Shown here: positions 1 through 9,538 of the stretch, piece by piece
How the letters are laid out: each line of letters opens with the position of its first letter
Position numbering within the stretch: position 1 is the first letter of the stretch
Translations under genes and position numbers: made by a program
Notes under the pieces: model-generated
Told to the model about the DNA's origin: nothing
Database searches by the model: none
The model's input: the letters and a program-made list of their open reading frames with translations, nothing else
NCBI GenBank assembly: GCA_050173015.1
Contig: JBFXLE010000031.1
Span: 1-36,880 of the forward strand
DNA: 36,880 nucleotides
Reading direction: 5' to 3'
From: Calditrichaceae bacterium
GTDB lineage: Bacteria > Calditrichota > Calditrichia > Calditrichales > JBFXGD01

Positions 1-54
1 AGATTTGAAACCGATATGTTTGTTAAAACCGACAAACTAATGCTAATCAAATAA
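1..54 (+). CDS. 3' end of a secreted protein with a T9SS type A (Por secretion) C-terminal sorting-domain-like tail (partial)
   Basis: Frame 1 reads RFETDMFVKTDKLMLIK-stop (TAA 52-54), matching the typical 'RLxAGxFVxTKKMxLIK*' ending of T9SS CTD proteins; only 17 residues are visible. Confidence 0.6.
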   Translation, partial: RFETDMFVKTDKLMLIK

Positions 55-115
55 GGAAATATTTTCATATTGAAGGCAATACTCTCTGGTTAAATAGAGA
101 GATAATATCATTCTT

Positions 116-155
116 TTCCCTGCGGACAAAATTAAAAACTCCGCGGGGAATTTTT
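116..155 (+). terminator. Rho-independent terminator
   Basis: Stem TTCCCTGCGGA (116-126) / TCCGCGGGGAA (140-150) with one G:U pair, followed by TTTTT, downstream of the partial gene. Confidence 0.6.
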
Positions 156-188
156 ATTATATGCTATAAGCTGAAATCTTGATCACCA

Positions 189-404
189 CGCAATGGTATA
201 TTACCACATAGGAACGATAAATGACCACGTAGGAACAACATATTGCCGGGAAGGAATGATGAATGACCGGGTAGGAACAATAAATGACCGTATAGGAACG
301 GTATATTAACACTTAGGAACAATAAATGACCGGGTAGGAACGAGATATGACCTGGAAGGGATGATATATTACCGTGAAGGAACAATATATGACCGAACCG
401 GAAG
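189..404. repeat. Degenerate 21-bp tandem repeat, about 10 units, consensus AGGAACRATAWATGACCGNNW
   Basis: AGGAAC/AGGAAT/AGGGAT cores recur at 210, 231, 252, 273, 294, 315, 336, 357 and 378 (exact 21-bp period), with degenerate units at 189 and 399. Confidence 0.9.
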
Positions 405-436
405 CAGCTTGAAGTTTGTCACCGTCGTCCCGCAGG

Positions 437-465
437 TTGACTTGAATCCCGGAAATGCATAAAAT
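437..465 (+). promoter_or_regulatory. Putative sigma70 promoter for the MOSC gene
   Basis: TTGACT (437-442) - 17 nt - TAAAAT (460-465). Confidence 0.5.
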
Positions 466-525
466 ATCTCTGTAATCGCAACAACATTAAATCATGAACA
501 GATTGTAGTTTTGAATGAGGAGATA

Positions 526-1329
526 ATGGCAGTCGTAAAAGTATCTTCACTATTCTATTATCCGGTTAAATCCTGCCGGGGAATCAGCCTGAACGAAGCG
601 GTGATTGGCGATAAAGGCATCGAAAATGACAGGCGATTTATGCTGACGGGTCCGGATGGCGAATTTATGACGCAAAGAAACCATCCGCGTATGGCGCTTA
701 TTAACACGGAAATATCCGCTTCCGGACTTCATCTTAGCACGTCTGGAATGCCTGAATTATTCCTGAAACCGACTTTCAGAGGTCCCCGGATGAATGTCAA
801 TATATGGAGAGACCAATGTGTTACCGTGGATCAGGGAGAAGAAGCTGCCCGATGGTTGAGTGAATTTCTCGGAACCCCCTGCCGGCTGGTTCAGATGGCG
901 GATGATTTTAACCGTAAGGTCGATGCCGATTATACCGCTGACCGGTCCGCGCATGTTGATTTCGTGGATGGTTTTCCGTTCCTTTTAATATCTGAAGCAT
1001 CCGTGAGTGACCTAAATCGTCGTCTGGGCAGTCCCGTTCCCGTCATCCGCTTCCGTCCCAATATCGTGGTTAGCGGATCGCTTCCCTATGAAGAAGATCA
1101 ATGGAAAAAAATCCGAATCGGTTCGATTGAGTTCACCTCGGTCAAACCCTGCGCGAGATGCGTAATCACAACCATCGATCCGGATACGGCCCAAAAAAAT
1201 AAAGAACCGATGCGCACTCTCGCCACCTACAGGCTGGAAGGGAAAAACAAGGTGCTTTTCGGGCATAATCTCATTCATAACCAAACCGGAAGGATTAAAG
1301 TAGGGGATGAAGTAACCGTATCGGATTAA
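526..1329 (+). CDS. MOSC domain protein (mARC/YcbX-like molybdoenzyme; MOSC_N + MOSC)
   Basis: YPVKSC, DRRFML, FVDGFPFLL, RFRPNIVV, YEEDQW and KPCARC motifs; GAGGAG upstream of ATG 526; no C-terminal ferredoxin domain. Confidence 0.9.
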   Translation: MAVVKVSSLFYYPVKSCRGISLNEAVIGDKGIENDRRFMLTGPDGEFMTQRNHPRMALINTEISASGLHLSTSGMPELFLKPTFRGPRMNVNIWRDQCVTVDQGEEAARWLSEFLGTPCRLVQMADDFNRKVDADYTADRSAHVDFVDGFPFLLISEASVSDLNRRLGSPVPVIRFRPNIVVSGSLPYEEDQWKKIRIGSIEFTSVKPCARCVITTIDPDTAQKNKEPMRTLATYRLEGKNKVLFGHNLIHNQTGRIKVGDEVTVSD

Positions 1330-1425
1330 TAACATTCGATCAATCACAGAAAGACAAGAAGAATATTGATTCTTCATTTCTCAATAGATAAACAGAAACT
1401 TTAACAGACTAAAAGAGATGAAAAG

Positions 1426-2073
1426 ATGATTTGCAAATTTATACGTTGTAAAGTTCCCGCGGAAAAGTATGATGGTTTTTATCAGGCTCAGCTTCAATGG
1501 GACAAGTTATCCGGCGTTGACGGATTCCTGTTTCAAACCGGTGGGCGTACCATTGATGATCCGGAAATGATGGTGATTCTTGCTTTCTGGGAATCAATTG
1601 AACAGCATCAGAACTTTATGGAAAATATTCATGATAAAATAATTGCCGAAAGCAAACAGGACAACTATTACACCGTAAATATATCTACCGTGTTTAATGT
1701 GGATAATGTTCTGAAATCTGATTCCGGTGATGTTTTTGATGAGTTAACCTCGACTGAATTTCTCAAAATATCAGATTTCCTGGTGATCCCTGAACAGAAA
1801 GAGCATTTTACCGGAATTCAGGAAAATATGCTAATACCCGAACTGGCTAAGCAGGAAGAGATGATACAGGGATTTTTTTCCGGTCATACACAAAGCGGCG
1901 AGAGATTTCTCAAATCATCATTTTGGAAAAAAGAAACGGATTTTCAAAATTATTTTAGAAGCAGGAATCCGGAGCTCATTAATAAAGCGAATGTTGATGC
2001 GGATCTTGTAAAGGAATTTGAGTATCGCGTACGATTGAACAACGAATGGTTCATCGAAGCGGAGATGAAATGA
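1426..2073 (+). CDS. YdbC/DUF4937-like protein (duplicated ABM-type dimeric alpha-beta barrel)
   Basis: MICKFIRCKV...AQLQW...GFLFQTGG...FWES...FMENIHD pattern, with a second related half (HFTGIQ...SFWKKETDF). Confidence 0.65.
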   Translation: MICKFIRCKVPAEKYDGFYQAQLQWDKLSGVDGFLFQTGGRTIDDPEMMVILAFWESIEQHQNFMENIHDKIIAESKQDNYYTVNISTVFNVDNVLKSDSGDVFDELTSTEFLKISDFLVIPEQKEHFTGIQENMLIPELAKQEEMIQGFFSGHTQSGERFLKSSFWKKETDFQNYFRSRNPELINKANVDADLVKEFEYRVRLNNEWFIEAEMK

Positions 2074-2846
2074 CGTTTGAAAAAAAGGTGATCATTATCA
2101 CCGGCGCGTCCGGCGGAATCGGCCGCGCGTTAGCTCTGAAATTTTCTCGGTTAAAAGCGCGAATTGTGCTGGCTTCCAGAAATGTTCAGGAACTGAAACG
2201 GCTTGAAGCGGCCATAAATGATAGCGGCGCTGAAGCCCTTGTCGTCCCCACGGATGTTGGTAAGAAATCGGATATGCAAAACCTGATTAAGCAAACTCTG
2301 AACAGATGGGGACAGATTGATGTTTTTATCGCCAATGCCGGGCAATATGTACAGGGAAAGATAGCTGATTCGGGTATTGAACAGTTCGAAAAATCCATGA
2401 GCGTAAATTTCTATGGCGCGGTGTACGGCATTAAAGAAGCGCTGCCGCATATGATCGAACGGGGGAGCGGAAACATTGCCGTTATCAATTCACTTGACGC
2501 GCGGAAAGGTATTCGCGGCGACGGGCCCTATGTGGCGGCTAAAGCGGCTTTGGCCGGATTTTGTGATGTATTGAGACAGGAACTGCATGGTTCGGGGGTG
2601 TCAGTGACATCTGTTTTTCCGGGGAGGGTGGACACACCCATGATAGAAAACCTGAGCGTTCCTTTTATATCTCCAAAAATTTCCGCCGGTAAAGTTACCG
2701 ACGCGGTTATTAAGGGAATCCGTAAAAATAAAGGGGATGTCATTGTTCCGTCGTTATACCGTCCCATGGTGATCCTGAATATGGCTTTTCCCGGTCTGAT
2801 GGATACATTGTACCGGAAATTCCGAATCGAAGGATGGCAAAAATAA
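2070..2846 (+). CDS. Short-chain dehydrogenase/reductase (SDR)
   Basis: TGASGGIG Rossmann motif, ANAG, YVAAK catalytic motif, PGRVDT; ATG 2070 overlaps the upstream stop (ATGA). Confidence 0.92.
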   Translation: MTFEKKVIIITGASGGIGRALALKFSRLKARIVLASRNVQELKRLEAAINDSGAEALVVPTDVGKKSDMQNLIKQTLNRWGQIDVFIANAGQYVQGKIADSGIEQFEKSMSVNFYGAVYGIKEALPHMIERGSGNIAVINSLDARKGIRGDGPYVAAKAALAGFCDVLRQELHGSGVSVTSVFPGRVDTPMIENLSVPFISPKISAGKVTDAVIKGIRKNKGDVIVPSLYRPMVILNMAFPGLMDTLYRKFRIEGWQK

Positions 2847-2858
2847 AGGAATTTCACA

Positions 2859-3359
2859 ATGCTGATCAGAGCTGAAAGAAAAGATGACATTGACAGGATC
2901 AGAATGATTAATTCAGCAGCATTTGAAACCGCCGACGAGGCGCGGATGGTTGATGAAATACGTGACTGCGGCATACCGTATATTTCTTTGGTGGCAGAAA
3001 TGGATGGCAATCTTGTCGGCCACATTTTATTTACACCGGTTATACCCGAAGATAAAAACACGAAAGCGCCCATCGCGGGTCTGGCGCCGATGGCGGTGAT
3101 ACCGGAATACCAAAACCGGGGAATCGGTTCAAAATTAGTACGCGAAGGTCTCGAAATATGCAGAAATGCCGGCTATGAAGCGGTTGTGGTCCTTGGGCAT
3201 CCAACCTATTATCCGCGATTTGGATTTATGCCCGCGGCACGGTTTGGGATAATATCCGAATATGATGTTCCGGATGAGGTCTTTATGGCTCTGGAGTTAA
3301 AGGCGGGCGCCCTGAAAAGTAGCCCCGGACTGGTACGCTATCATGAAATATTCAGATGA
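2859..3359 (+). CDS. GNAT family N-acetyltransferase (YhbS-like)
   Basis: VGHILF, LAPMAVIPEYQNRGIGSKL acetyl-CoA motif, VLGHPTYYPRFGF. Confidence 0.9.
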   Translation: MLIRAERKDDIDRIRMINSAAFETADEARMVDEIRDCGIPYISLVAEMDGNLVGHILFTPVIPEDKNTKAPIAGLAPMAVIPEYQNRGIGSKLVREGLEICRNAGYEAVVVLGHPTYYPRFGFMPAARFGIISEYDVPDEVFMALELKAGALKSSPGLVRYHEIFR

Positions 3360-3369
3360 AAGGAATATC

Positions 3370-3720
3370 ATGGCCATCAGTGTCAAACGTGTATATGACG
3401 CGCCTGAGGAAAAGGATGGTTTCAGGGTGCTGGTTGACCGGCTCTGGCCCCGCGGGTTGTCAAAGGACAAGATCAGAATTGATCTCTGGCTGAAAGAAAT
3501 TTCACCGAGTAACGAACTCAGAAAATGGGCTCATCAGCATCCCGAAAAGTGGGATGAGTTTAAAGAAAAATATTTCAATGAACTGCGGGATCATGATTCG
3601 GAAGTCAGAGAATTAATCAATAAATCAAAAAATGAACCGGTCACGCTTGTATATGCTTCAAAGAACACCGAAAACAATAACGCGACCGTGCTGAGAGACT
3701 ACTTATTGTCCATGTCGTGA
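3370..3720 (+). CDS. DUF488 family protein (YeaO-like)
   Basis: KRVYD...DGFRVLVDRLWPRG...WLKEISPSNELRKW...TLVYA...NNA; AGGA upstream of ATG 3370. Confidence 0.9.
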   Translation: MAISVKRVYDAPEEKDGFRVLVDRLWPRGLSKDKIRIDLWLKEISPSNELRKWAHQHPEKWDEFKEKYFNELRDHDSEVRELINKSKNEPVTLVYASKNTENNNATVLRDYLLSMS

Positions 3721-3970
3721 ACATTGCATTTTGATTTGAAAACCATCGTTACGCCTTCAGACGGGACGACACAATCCAAAATATCGAACATCAACTTAAG
3801 AATTTCTTTTAGGCTGATCAGAAAACATCCTGTCGCTTATAAATTTATTAAAAATATCTTCAAAAACTGCAAGTTCAGAGCTTCTTAATTGTCTAATGTG
3901 TATGAAGGATGTACAAAAATTGATTTATAATCATGGTTTCAACCAATAATTCTTATAATGATATGAGCCA

Positions 3971-3987
3971 TGTTACAATCTGTTACA
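3971..3987 (+). promoter_or_regulatory. Tandem direct repeat TGTTACA-N3-TGTTACA, candidate OmpR/PhoB-family operator
   Basis: Exact 7-bp repeat at 10-bp period, about 80 bp upstream of the Spy-like/efflux operon. Confidence 0.45.
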
Positions 3988-4069
3988 TTCCTGAAATAAT
4001 TTAGTAATAATCGTTTTGTAAAAATATCTGTCCAAAATACCGGAGATAGAACACAGAAAGGAGATTTAA

Positions 4070-4714
4070 GTGATTCGTCATAAAATATGGATCATGGTCA
4101 GCAGTTTCATTGTATTTACAATTGTTTTTGCTCAGGTCCAGGATTTTGTCAGCATGAAAGTCGATATGCTTCAACAGGATCTAGAATTAACAGATGAACA
4201 AAAAGTCCAGGTAAAGGATATTTATGATATTTCAATTCGTGAAGCGGAGAATTTAAAAGCCATTAATCAGGGTGATCCCGGCGCGATAAGAGCGGCCATG
4301 AATGATTTACAATCACTAACCGCCAGACAAATCTATAATATTTTGACACCGGAACAACAGAAAAAATTTCCGGAAATACTGAGCAAAATAACTCTTCCGC
4401 GTCGAACCAGTAACAGAGAACTCCAAAATTTGAAAGAAAAATTAAAACTTACAGATGATCAGGTTAGTCAGATAGAGCCCATTTTTGAAGCGCAGCAGGC
4501 GGAGATGGAAAAAATGAGAGAAGAAAATTCAGGTGACCGGCGAGAAATGATGACGAATATGCAGACAATCATGAAAGGATATGAAGATAAAATCAAAGAT
4601 ATACTCTCGGATGAGCAAAAAGAACTCTATGATAAATATTTAGAAGAAAAACGGTCATCCATGCAACAGAGCGGAGGATCCGGTCGTGGCGGCAACAGAC
4701 AGCGAAGATTTTAA
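4070..4714 (+). CDS. Periplasmic Spy/CpxP-like protein (two LTxxQ helical modules)
   Basis: Signal peptide (..VFA|Q); LELTDEQ, ILTPEQ, LKLTDDQ and ILSDEQ motifs; Gly/Arg-rich tail; GGAG before GTG. Confidence 0.7.
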   Translation: MIRHKIWIMVSSFIVFTIVFAQVQDFVSMKVDMLQQDLELTDEQKVQVKDIYDISIREAENLKAINQGDPGAIRAAMNDLQSLTARQIYNILTPEQQKKFPEILSKITLPRRTSNRELQNLKEKLKLTDDQVSQIEPIFEAQQAEMEKMREENSGDRREMMTNMQTIMKGYEDKIKDILSDEQKELYDKYLEEKRSSMQQSGGSGRGGNRQRRF

Positions 4715-4736
4715 TATTAAGCAGGGGAAGATCATA

Positions 4737-6080
4737 ATGATACACTCACGAAAATCAGGCTTTTGTCTCTGGCTTTTATTTGTATTGTTCTTTTTGCCAC
4801 GATTCTCAACGGCGGATGACTCAGAAAAGCAGTTGCGACTGGGTGAGGCCATTCAATTAGCGTTAGAGCAAAATATATCTCTCAGGATAAGTTCAAATTC
4901 GGTATCCGGCGCGAAAATAGATGTAAATCAATCCAGGATGGAATTTCTCCCAAATGTCTCCGCATCACTTTCATCATCGAAAGATTTTCCTAAAACTGGA
5001 AATGAGAACGAATCGGTTAACGCGTCGGTTTCATCCGGTCTGAATCTTTTTAACGGTTTTTATGATATATCCCGGTTGAATAAAGCCGGTCTGGATTTGG
5101 CGGCCGAAGAGGCGGGATATAACAGAAGCCGCGAATCAGTTGTTTTTGAAACCATTTCCCGATTTGTTCAGGTTGTTCTGAATAATGAATTCATAGGGAT
5201 TGAGAAGAATAATCTAGAAGCTCAGATGATTCAGTTGAAACAGATTGAGGAATTTCGGAAAGCGGGCAACCGTTCAAAAGCGGATGTATATCAGCAGCTT
5301 GCTGATATTAAACAGAATGAACTTAATGTTTTAAATGCCGCGAGTGAGTATGAAGTCAGCCGGAATTTACTTTCGCGGACTCTTGGAATTCAGCTGAATG
5401 ATGACATGAAATTTTTAGCGCCCGAAATTGATCTCATCACTCAAAAAATTACAAGTTCCGGTCCGGATCAAGAAACCTTTCAGATGGAAGTAAACTCCCG
5501 GCGATTTGATCTACGCGCGCAGCAATTGAATATTGAATCCGGGACTGAACAAATCCGCGCCGCTAAATCGGGTTACTGGCCTTCGGTTTCACTGACAGCA
5601 AGCGCGGGATCAAACTATTCGGGTTCTGTTCAGGGTTACAGCTTTTCGGATCAGCTTTTCGATGAAAATCCCTATGTCAGGTTAGGACTGTCGGTATCTG
5701 TTCCTCTTTTTGACCGGTTTTATACAAAATATAATGTTCAGCAGGCGAATATCCAGTTATCGACACAGAAAATGATGCTGGAAGATCTGAAACTTGAAAT
5801 CAATAATGAAATCCGTCAGGCGATGTTTGATTACAAATCCGCGTTAAAACAAAAAGAACTGGCTCAGGCCAGAAAAGAATACGCGCTGGAGGCCCTGAAG
5901 ATATCGGAGGAAAGATACCGGGTCGGCTCCAGCACTTATGTGGAAATGAGCCAGGTTCGCGCAAGTTATGTTACGGCGGCCTATCAAAAAGTAAGCGCCG
6001 ATTATAATTTACTTCTTAAATACGCGGCTGTTTATTATTACGGCGGAAATATTGATGAAGTAATCACCCTGTTTAATTAG
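4737..6080 (+). CDS. TolC family outer membrane efflux protein
   Basis: Signal peptide, AIQLALEQN, FLPNVS, YWPSVSL, VSVPLFD, ERYRVG motifs; upstream of adaptor and ABC genes. Confidence 0.9.
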   Translation: MIHSRKSGFCLWLLFVLFFLPRFSTADDSEKQLRLGEAIQLALEQNISLRISSNSVSGAKIDVNQSRMEFLPNVSASLSSSKDFPKTGNENESVNASVSSGLNLFNGFYDISRLNKAGLDLAAEEAGYNRSRESVVFETISRFVQVVLNNEFIGIEKNNLEAQMIQLKQIEEFRKAGNRSKADVYQQLADIKQNELNVLNAASEYEVSRNLLSRTLGIQLNDDMKFLAPEIDLITQKITSSGPDQETFQMEVNSRRFDLRAQQLNIESGTEQIRAAKSGYWPSVSLTASAGSNYSGSVQGYSFSDQLFDENPYVRLGLSVSVPLFDRFYTKYNVQQANIQLSTQKMMLEDLKLEINNEIRQAMFDYKSALKQKELAQARKEYALEALKISEERYRVGSSTYVEMSQVRASYVTAAYQKVSADYNLLLKYAAVYYYGGNIDEVITLFN

Positions 6081-6097
6081 GTAAGTGGAGAAGATTG

Positions 6098-7360
6098 ATG
6101 AAAAAGAAGATATTTGTCGGTTTGGTGGTTCTGGCTATCGCAATTATTGTTTATCTGATCATTAACAGTTCAATCGGGACTGGCAATACAACTGAATTTC
6201 AGACCGGTGAGATAAAAAGGGGTGATGTGGAGAATACAATATCCAGCAGCGGTACACTAAGCCCCGTGACCACCGTGGAAGTGGGAACCCAGGTTTCCGG
6301 CACCATTGCCAAAGTATATGCTGATTTTAACGATAAAGTGAGAAAAGGGCAGTTACTTGCGGTTTTGGATACGGTCTTGCTGAAATCAGCCGTGCTGGAT
6401 GCCGAAGCTAATTTGGAGAAGGCGGAAGCTCAGTTTGAGGAGGCACAGGCGAACTATGAACGGAATCTTCCACTCCACGAAAAAAACTTAATCTCAGAAG
6501 CGGAATTTTTGCCCTACCGTATTAATCTGAAAACACAATCCGCGAATATTAAATCAGCAAAGGCTTCGATGCAAAGAGCGGAACGTAATTTAAAATACGC
6601 GGTCATACAATCCCCCATTTCGGGAATGGTGATTCAGCGAAATGTGGAAGAAGGTCAAACGGTGGCCTCCAGCTTTTCAACACCGACATTATTTGTAATC
6701 GCTGAAGATTTATCTCAAATGGAAATTTTAGCAGAAGTGGACGAGAGCGATATCGGACTGATTAAGGAGGGGCAGCCGGTCCGTTTTGATGTCCAGTCTT
6801 ATCCGGAAAAAATATTTACGGGTACAGTCAACCAGGTCCGTCTGCAACCGACGGTGGTTTCAAATGTGGTGACTTATACGGTAGTTGTGGAGGCAGGCAA
6901 CAAAGAGAATCTTCTTCTGCCGGGAATGACGGCAACTGTCGATTTTATCATCGAAAAAAAGGAAAACGCTCTTCTGGTTCCAAATTCCGCGCTCCGTTTT
7001 CAACCGGATGACAAATTGCTTGCCGGTTTCAGAGAGAGCAGGCAAAAAATCATGGAATCGCTGCCGGATTCTGTTAAGCAAAAAAGAAGGGCGATGGGAA
7101 GCGGTTTCGGCGGCGGAAGACGTTCGGGTGTTTCCAAAGACAGTTTTAAACAAGTTTGGTATCTTGATGACGGCAAATTGAGCATGGAACCGATTGAAAC
7201 AGGAATTTCTGACGGAACTAACACTGAGATCATCAAATCACGGACTCTCACAGAAGGCAGAGCTGTTATCATTGGTACTGTTGTGCCGGGAAGCGGGCAA
7301 AATTCATCCGCAAACAGCTCACAAACAACGATAAGACCGGGCGGACCCCCGCCATTTTAA
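6098..7360 (+). CDS. Efflux periplasmic adaptor subunit (MacA-like)
   Basis: N-terminal TM, EVGTQVSG, VRKGQLLA, IQSPISGMV, VDESDIG, LLPGMTA motifs. Confidence 0.92.
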   Translation: MKKKIFVGLVVLAIAIIVYLIINSSIGTGNTTEFQTGEIKRGDVENTISSSGTLSPVTTVEVGTQVSGTIAKVYADFNDKVRKGQLLAVLDTVLLKSAVLDAEANLEKAEAQFEEAQANYERNLPLHEKNLISEAEFLPYRINLKTQSANIKSAKASMQRAERNLKYAVIQSPISGMVIQRNVEEGQTVASSFSTPTLFVIAEDLSQMEILAEVDESDIGLIKEGQPVRFDVQSYPEKIFTGTVNQVRLQPTVVSNVVTYTVVVEAGNKENLLLPGMTATVDFIIEKKENALLVPNSALRFQPDDKLLAGFRESRQKIMESLPDSVKQKRRAMGSGFGGGRRSGVSKDSFKQVWYLDDGKLSMEPIETGISDGTNTEIIKSRTLTEGRAVIIGTVVPGSGQNSSANSSQTTIRPGGPPPF

Positions 7361-7433
7361 TAAAATTGAATTTCGGAGTCTTTAATTAACGGAGATTCAG
7401 AATAAACAGAATTCTAAAATCAGGTGTAAAAAT

Positions 7434-8216
7434 ATGAATACAGTTATTCAGACGAGTAATCTGACTAAAACATTTACGATGGGGGATGTGAAAGTCCATG
7501 CTCTGCGAGGTGTTGATTTGAATGTGGAAGAAGGAGAATTTGTTGCTATTATGGGATCTTCCGGATCCGGAAAATCAACCCTGATGAATCTGCTTGGATG
7601 TCTGGATGTATCGACAACCGGTGAATATTATCTTGACGGAAAACTGGTGAATACGATGAGTAAAAATGAATACGCTGACATCAGGAATCAGAAGATAGGA
7701 TTTGTTTTTCAGGGATTTAATCTTCTCGCGCGGACAAACGCCTTCGAAAATGTGGAGCTCCCTTTGTTTTATGACCGTAAGAGACGCATCGTGGATCGTA
7801 AAAAAGCCGCGCTCGACGCGCTGGCCCGGGTGGGATTGTCAGACCGCTTGTATCACCAGCCAAATCAGCTCTCCGGCGGACAGCAGCAGCGGGTCGCTAT
7901 TGCCAGGGCATTGGTTAACCGCCCGGCCATTGTCCTGGCCGATGAACCGACAGGTAATCTTGATACGCGCACCTCAATAGATGTTATCTCGGTTTTTCAG
8001 GAGCTCAATGATCAGGGTATTACAATTTTGCTGGTGACACATGAAGCGGATATCGCTTTATACGCTAAGCGGATTGTACAATTACGTGACGGGAAAATAT
8101 TAAAAGATGTGAAAGTGGAAAAGAGACGAAACGCGAAAGCGGACATCGAGAATTACCGTTTTACCGATGACATTACCGGTGGCCTCACAGAAGACGATTT
8201 ACCGCAAAATGAATAA
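7434..8216 (+). CDS. ABC transporter ATP-binding protein (MacB/LolD-like)
   Basis: Walker [39 protein letters not shown]. Confidence 0.95.
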   Translation: MNTVIQTSNLTKTFTMGDVKVHALRGVDLNVEEGEFVAIMGSSGSGKSTLMNLLGCLDVSTTGEYYLDGKLVNTMSKNEYADIRNQKIGFVFQGFNLLARTNAFENVELPLFYDRKRRIVDRKKAALDALARVGLSDRLYHQPNQLSGGQQQRVAIARALVNRPAIVLADEPTGNLDTRTSIDVISVFQELNDQGITILLVTHEADIALYAKRIVQLRDGKILKDVKVEKRRNAKADIENYRFTDDITGGLTEDDLPQNE

Positions 8217-8228
8217 GGACTGATCAAT

Positions 8229-9449
8229 ATGTTTCAAATAAGCAATTTAATAAGAGCGGCTTTCAGGAGTCTTTTGAAGAACAGGACAAGAAGTCTGCTC
8301 ACATCATTGGGTATCATTATCGGGGTTGGCGCTGTCATTGTCATGGTTGCCATCGGTGAAGGTTCTCAGGCAACCATTGAGCAGGGAATCGAGTCACTCG
8401 GAACAAATCTGATTATTGTTTACCCCGGTGTCAGTCAGTCCGGCGGCGTAAGCAGGGGGGCCGGTAGTTTTAACCGCTTTACATTCGATGATATTGATAA
8501 ACTCAAAAAGGAATCAACGTTGCTAAGCGGAGTATCACCGGTCGTTCGCACCGGGTCACAGATTATTGGTGGTCAGGGTAACTGGTTTACAACGATCTAT
8601 GGTGTATCGACAGATTATTTCTCTATCAGGTCGTGGCAGATCGAATACGGCAGTTTCTTTACCGAGCGGGATATCCGCGCCCAAAAGAAGGTAGCCATTC
8701 TGGGAAAGACAATCGCGAAGCAGCTCTTCCCGAATCAGGATCCCACGGGAGAAAAAGTCAGAATTCGGAACACACCGTTTACAGTCATCGGTGTCCTGAA
8801 GGAGAAGGGACAGAGCGCGCTGGGAACAGACCAGGATGATCTCATTCTCGCGCCCTCAACGACAGTGCTATACCGGCTTAAAGGCAGGCGTTGGGTAGAT
8901 ATGATTAACGCAAGCGCTGTTTCCACCGACAGGATCAAGGAAGCTGAAGCCGAAATGAGAATTCTTCTGCGTGAGTCACACCGGATCAGCGAGGGTGAGG
9001 GAGACGATTTTACAATTCGAGATCAGGCAGAAATAACAGAGACCGCATCTGAAACCTCGCGGGTGATGACTCTGTTATTAGGATCCATTGCGGCTGTATC
9101 GCTCCTTGTGGGTGGTATAGGCATCATGAATATTATGCTGGTATCGGTGACCGAGCGGACCCGTGAGATAGGAATCCGTTTATCGGTAGGAGCGCGCGAA
9201 TCGGATGTGATGGCGCAGTTTCTCACGGAAGCGATAGTTTTGAGTCTTTCCGGGGGAATTATAGGGATTATGCTTTCCTTTGCCATCATCTATATAATGA
9301 ATGAATTTACTACCCTGTACGCGCTGGTAAATCCGGAAATTATTATGATCTCATTCCTGTTCTCGGGAGCGGTCGGGATATTTTTTGGATTTTATCCTGC
9401 GCGTAAAGCGGCCTCACTGAATCCGATTGACGCGTTAAGATATGAGTGA
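8229..9449 (+). CDS. ABC transporter permease (MacB/FtsX family)
   Basis: RSLLTSLGIIIGVGAV, VGGIGIMNIMLVSVTERTREIGIR, FYPARKAASLNPIDALRYE. Confidence 0.95.
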   Translation: MFQISNLIRAAFRSLLKNRTRSLLTSLGIIIGVGAVIVMVAIGEGSQATIEQGIESLGTNLIIVYPGVSQSGGVSRGAGSFNRFTFDDIDKLKKESTLLSGVSPVVRTGSQIIGGQGNWFTTIYGVSTDYFSIRSWQIEYGSFFTERDIRAQKKVAILGKTIAKQLFPNQDPTGEKVRIRNTPFTVIGVLKEKGQSALGTDQDDLILAPSTTVLYRLKGRRWVDMINASAVSTDRIKEAEAEMRILLRESHRISEGEGDDFTIRDQAEITETASETSRVMTLLLGSIAAVSLLVGGIGIMNIMLVSVTERTREIGIRLSVGARESDVMAQFLTEAIVLSLSGGIIGIMLSFAIIYIMNEFTTLYALVNPEIIMISFLFSGAVGIFFGFYPARKAASLNPIDALRYE

Positions 9450-9511
9450 TTTGATATAAAATTATTTAATAAAATAATCATAATGATGATTTAGATATTC
9501 CCTTCAGGTAC

Positions 9512-9538
9512 GGGCGGCTTTGAGCCGCCTCTTTTATT
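9512..9538 (+). terminator. Rho-independent terminator of the efflux operon
   Basis: GGCGGCT-ttg-AGCCGCC stem followed by TCTTTTATT. Confidence 0.7.

Noticed and set aside
164..385. 73-aa minus-strand ORF as a confident gene
   Set aside because: It is a read-through of the repeat with no clear RBS, and variation is not concentrated at its wobble positions; kept only as a hypothesis in findings
189..404. CRISPR array interpretation of the 21-bp repeats
   Set aside because: Units are contiguous and degenerate with no unique spacers, and there are no cas genes in the window
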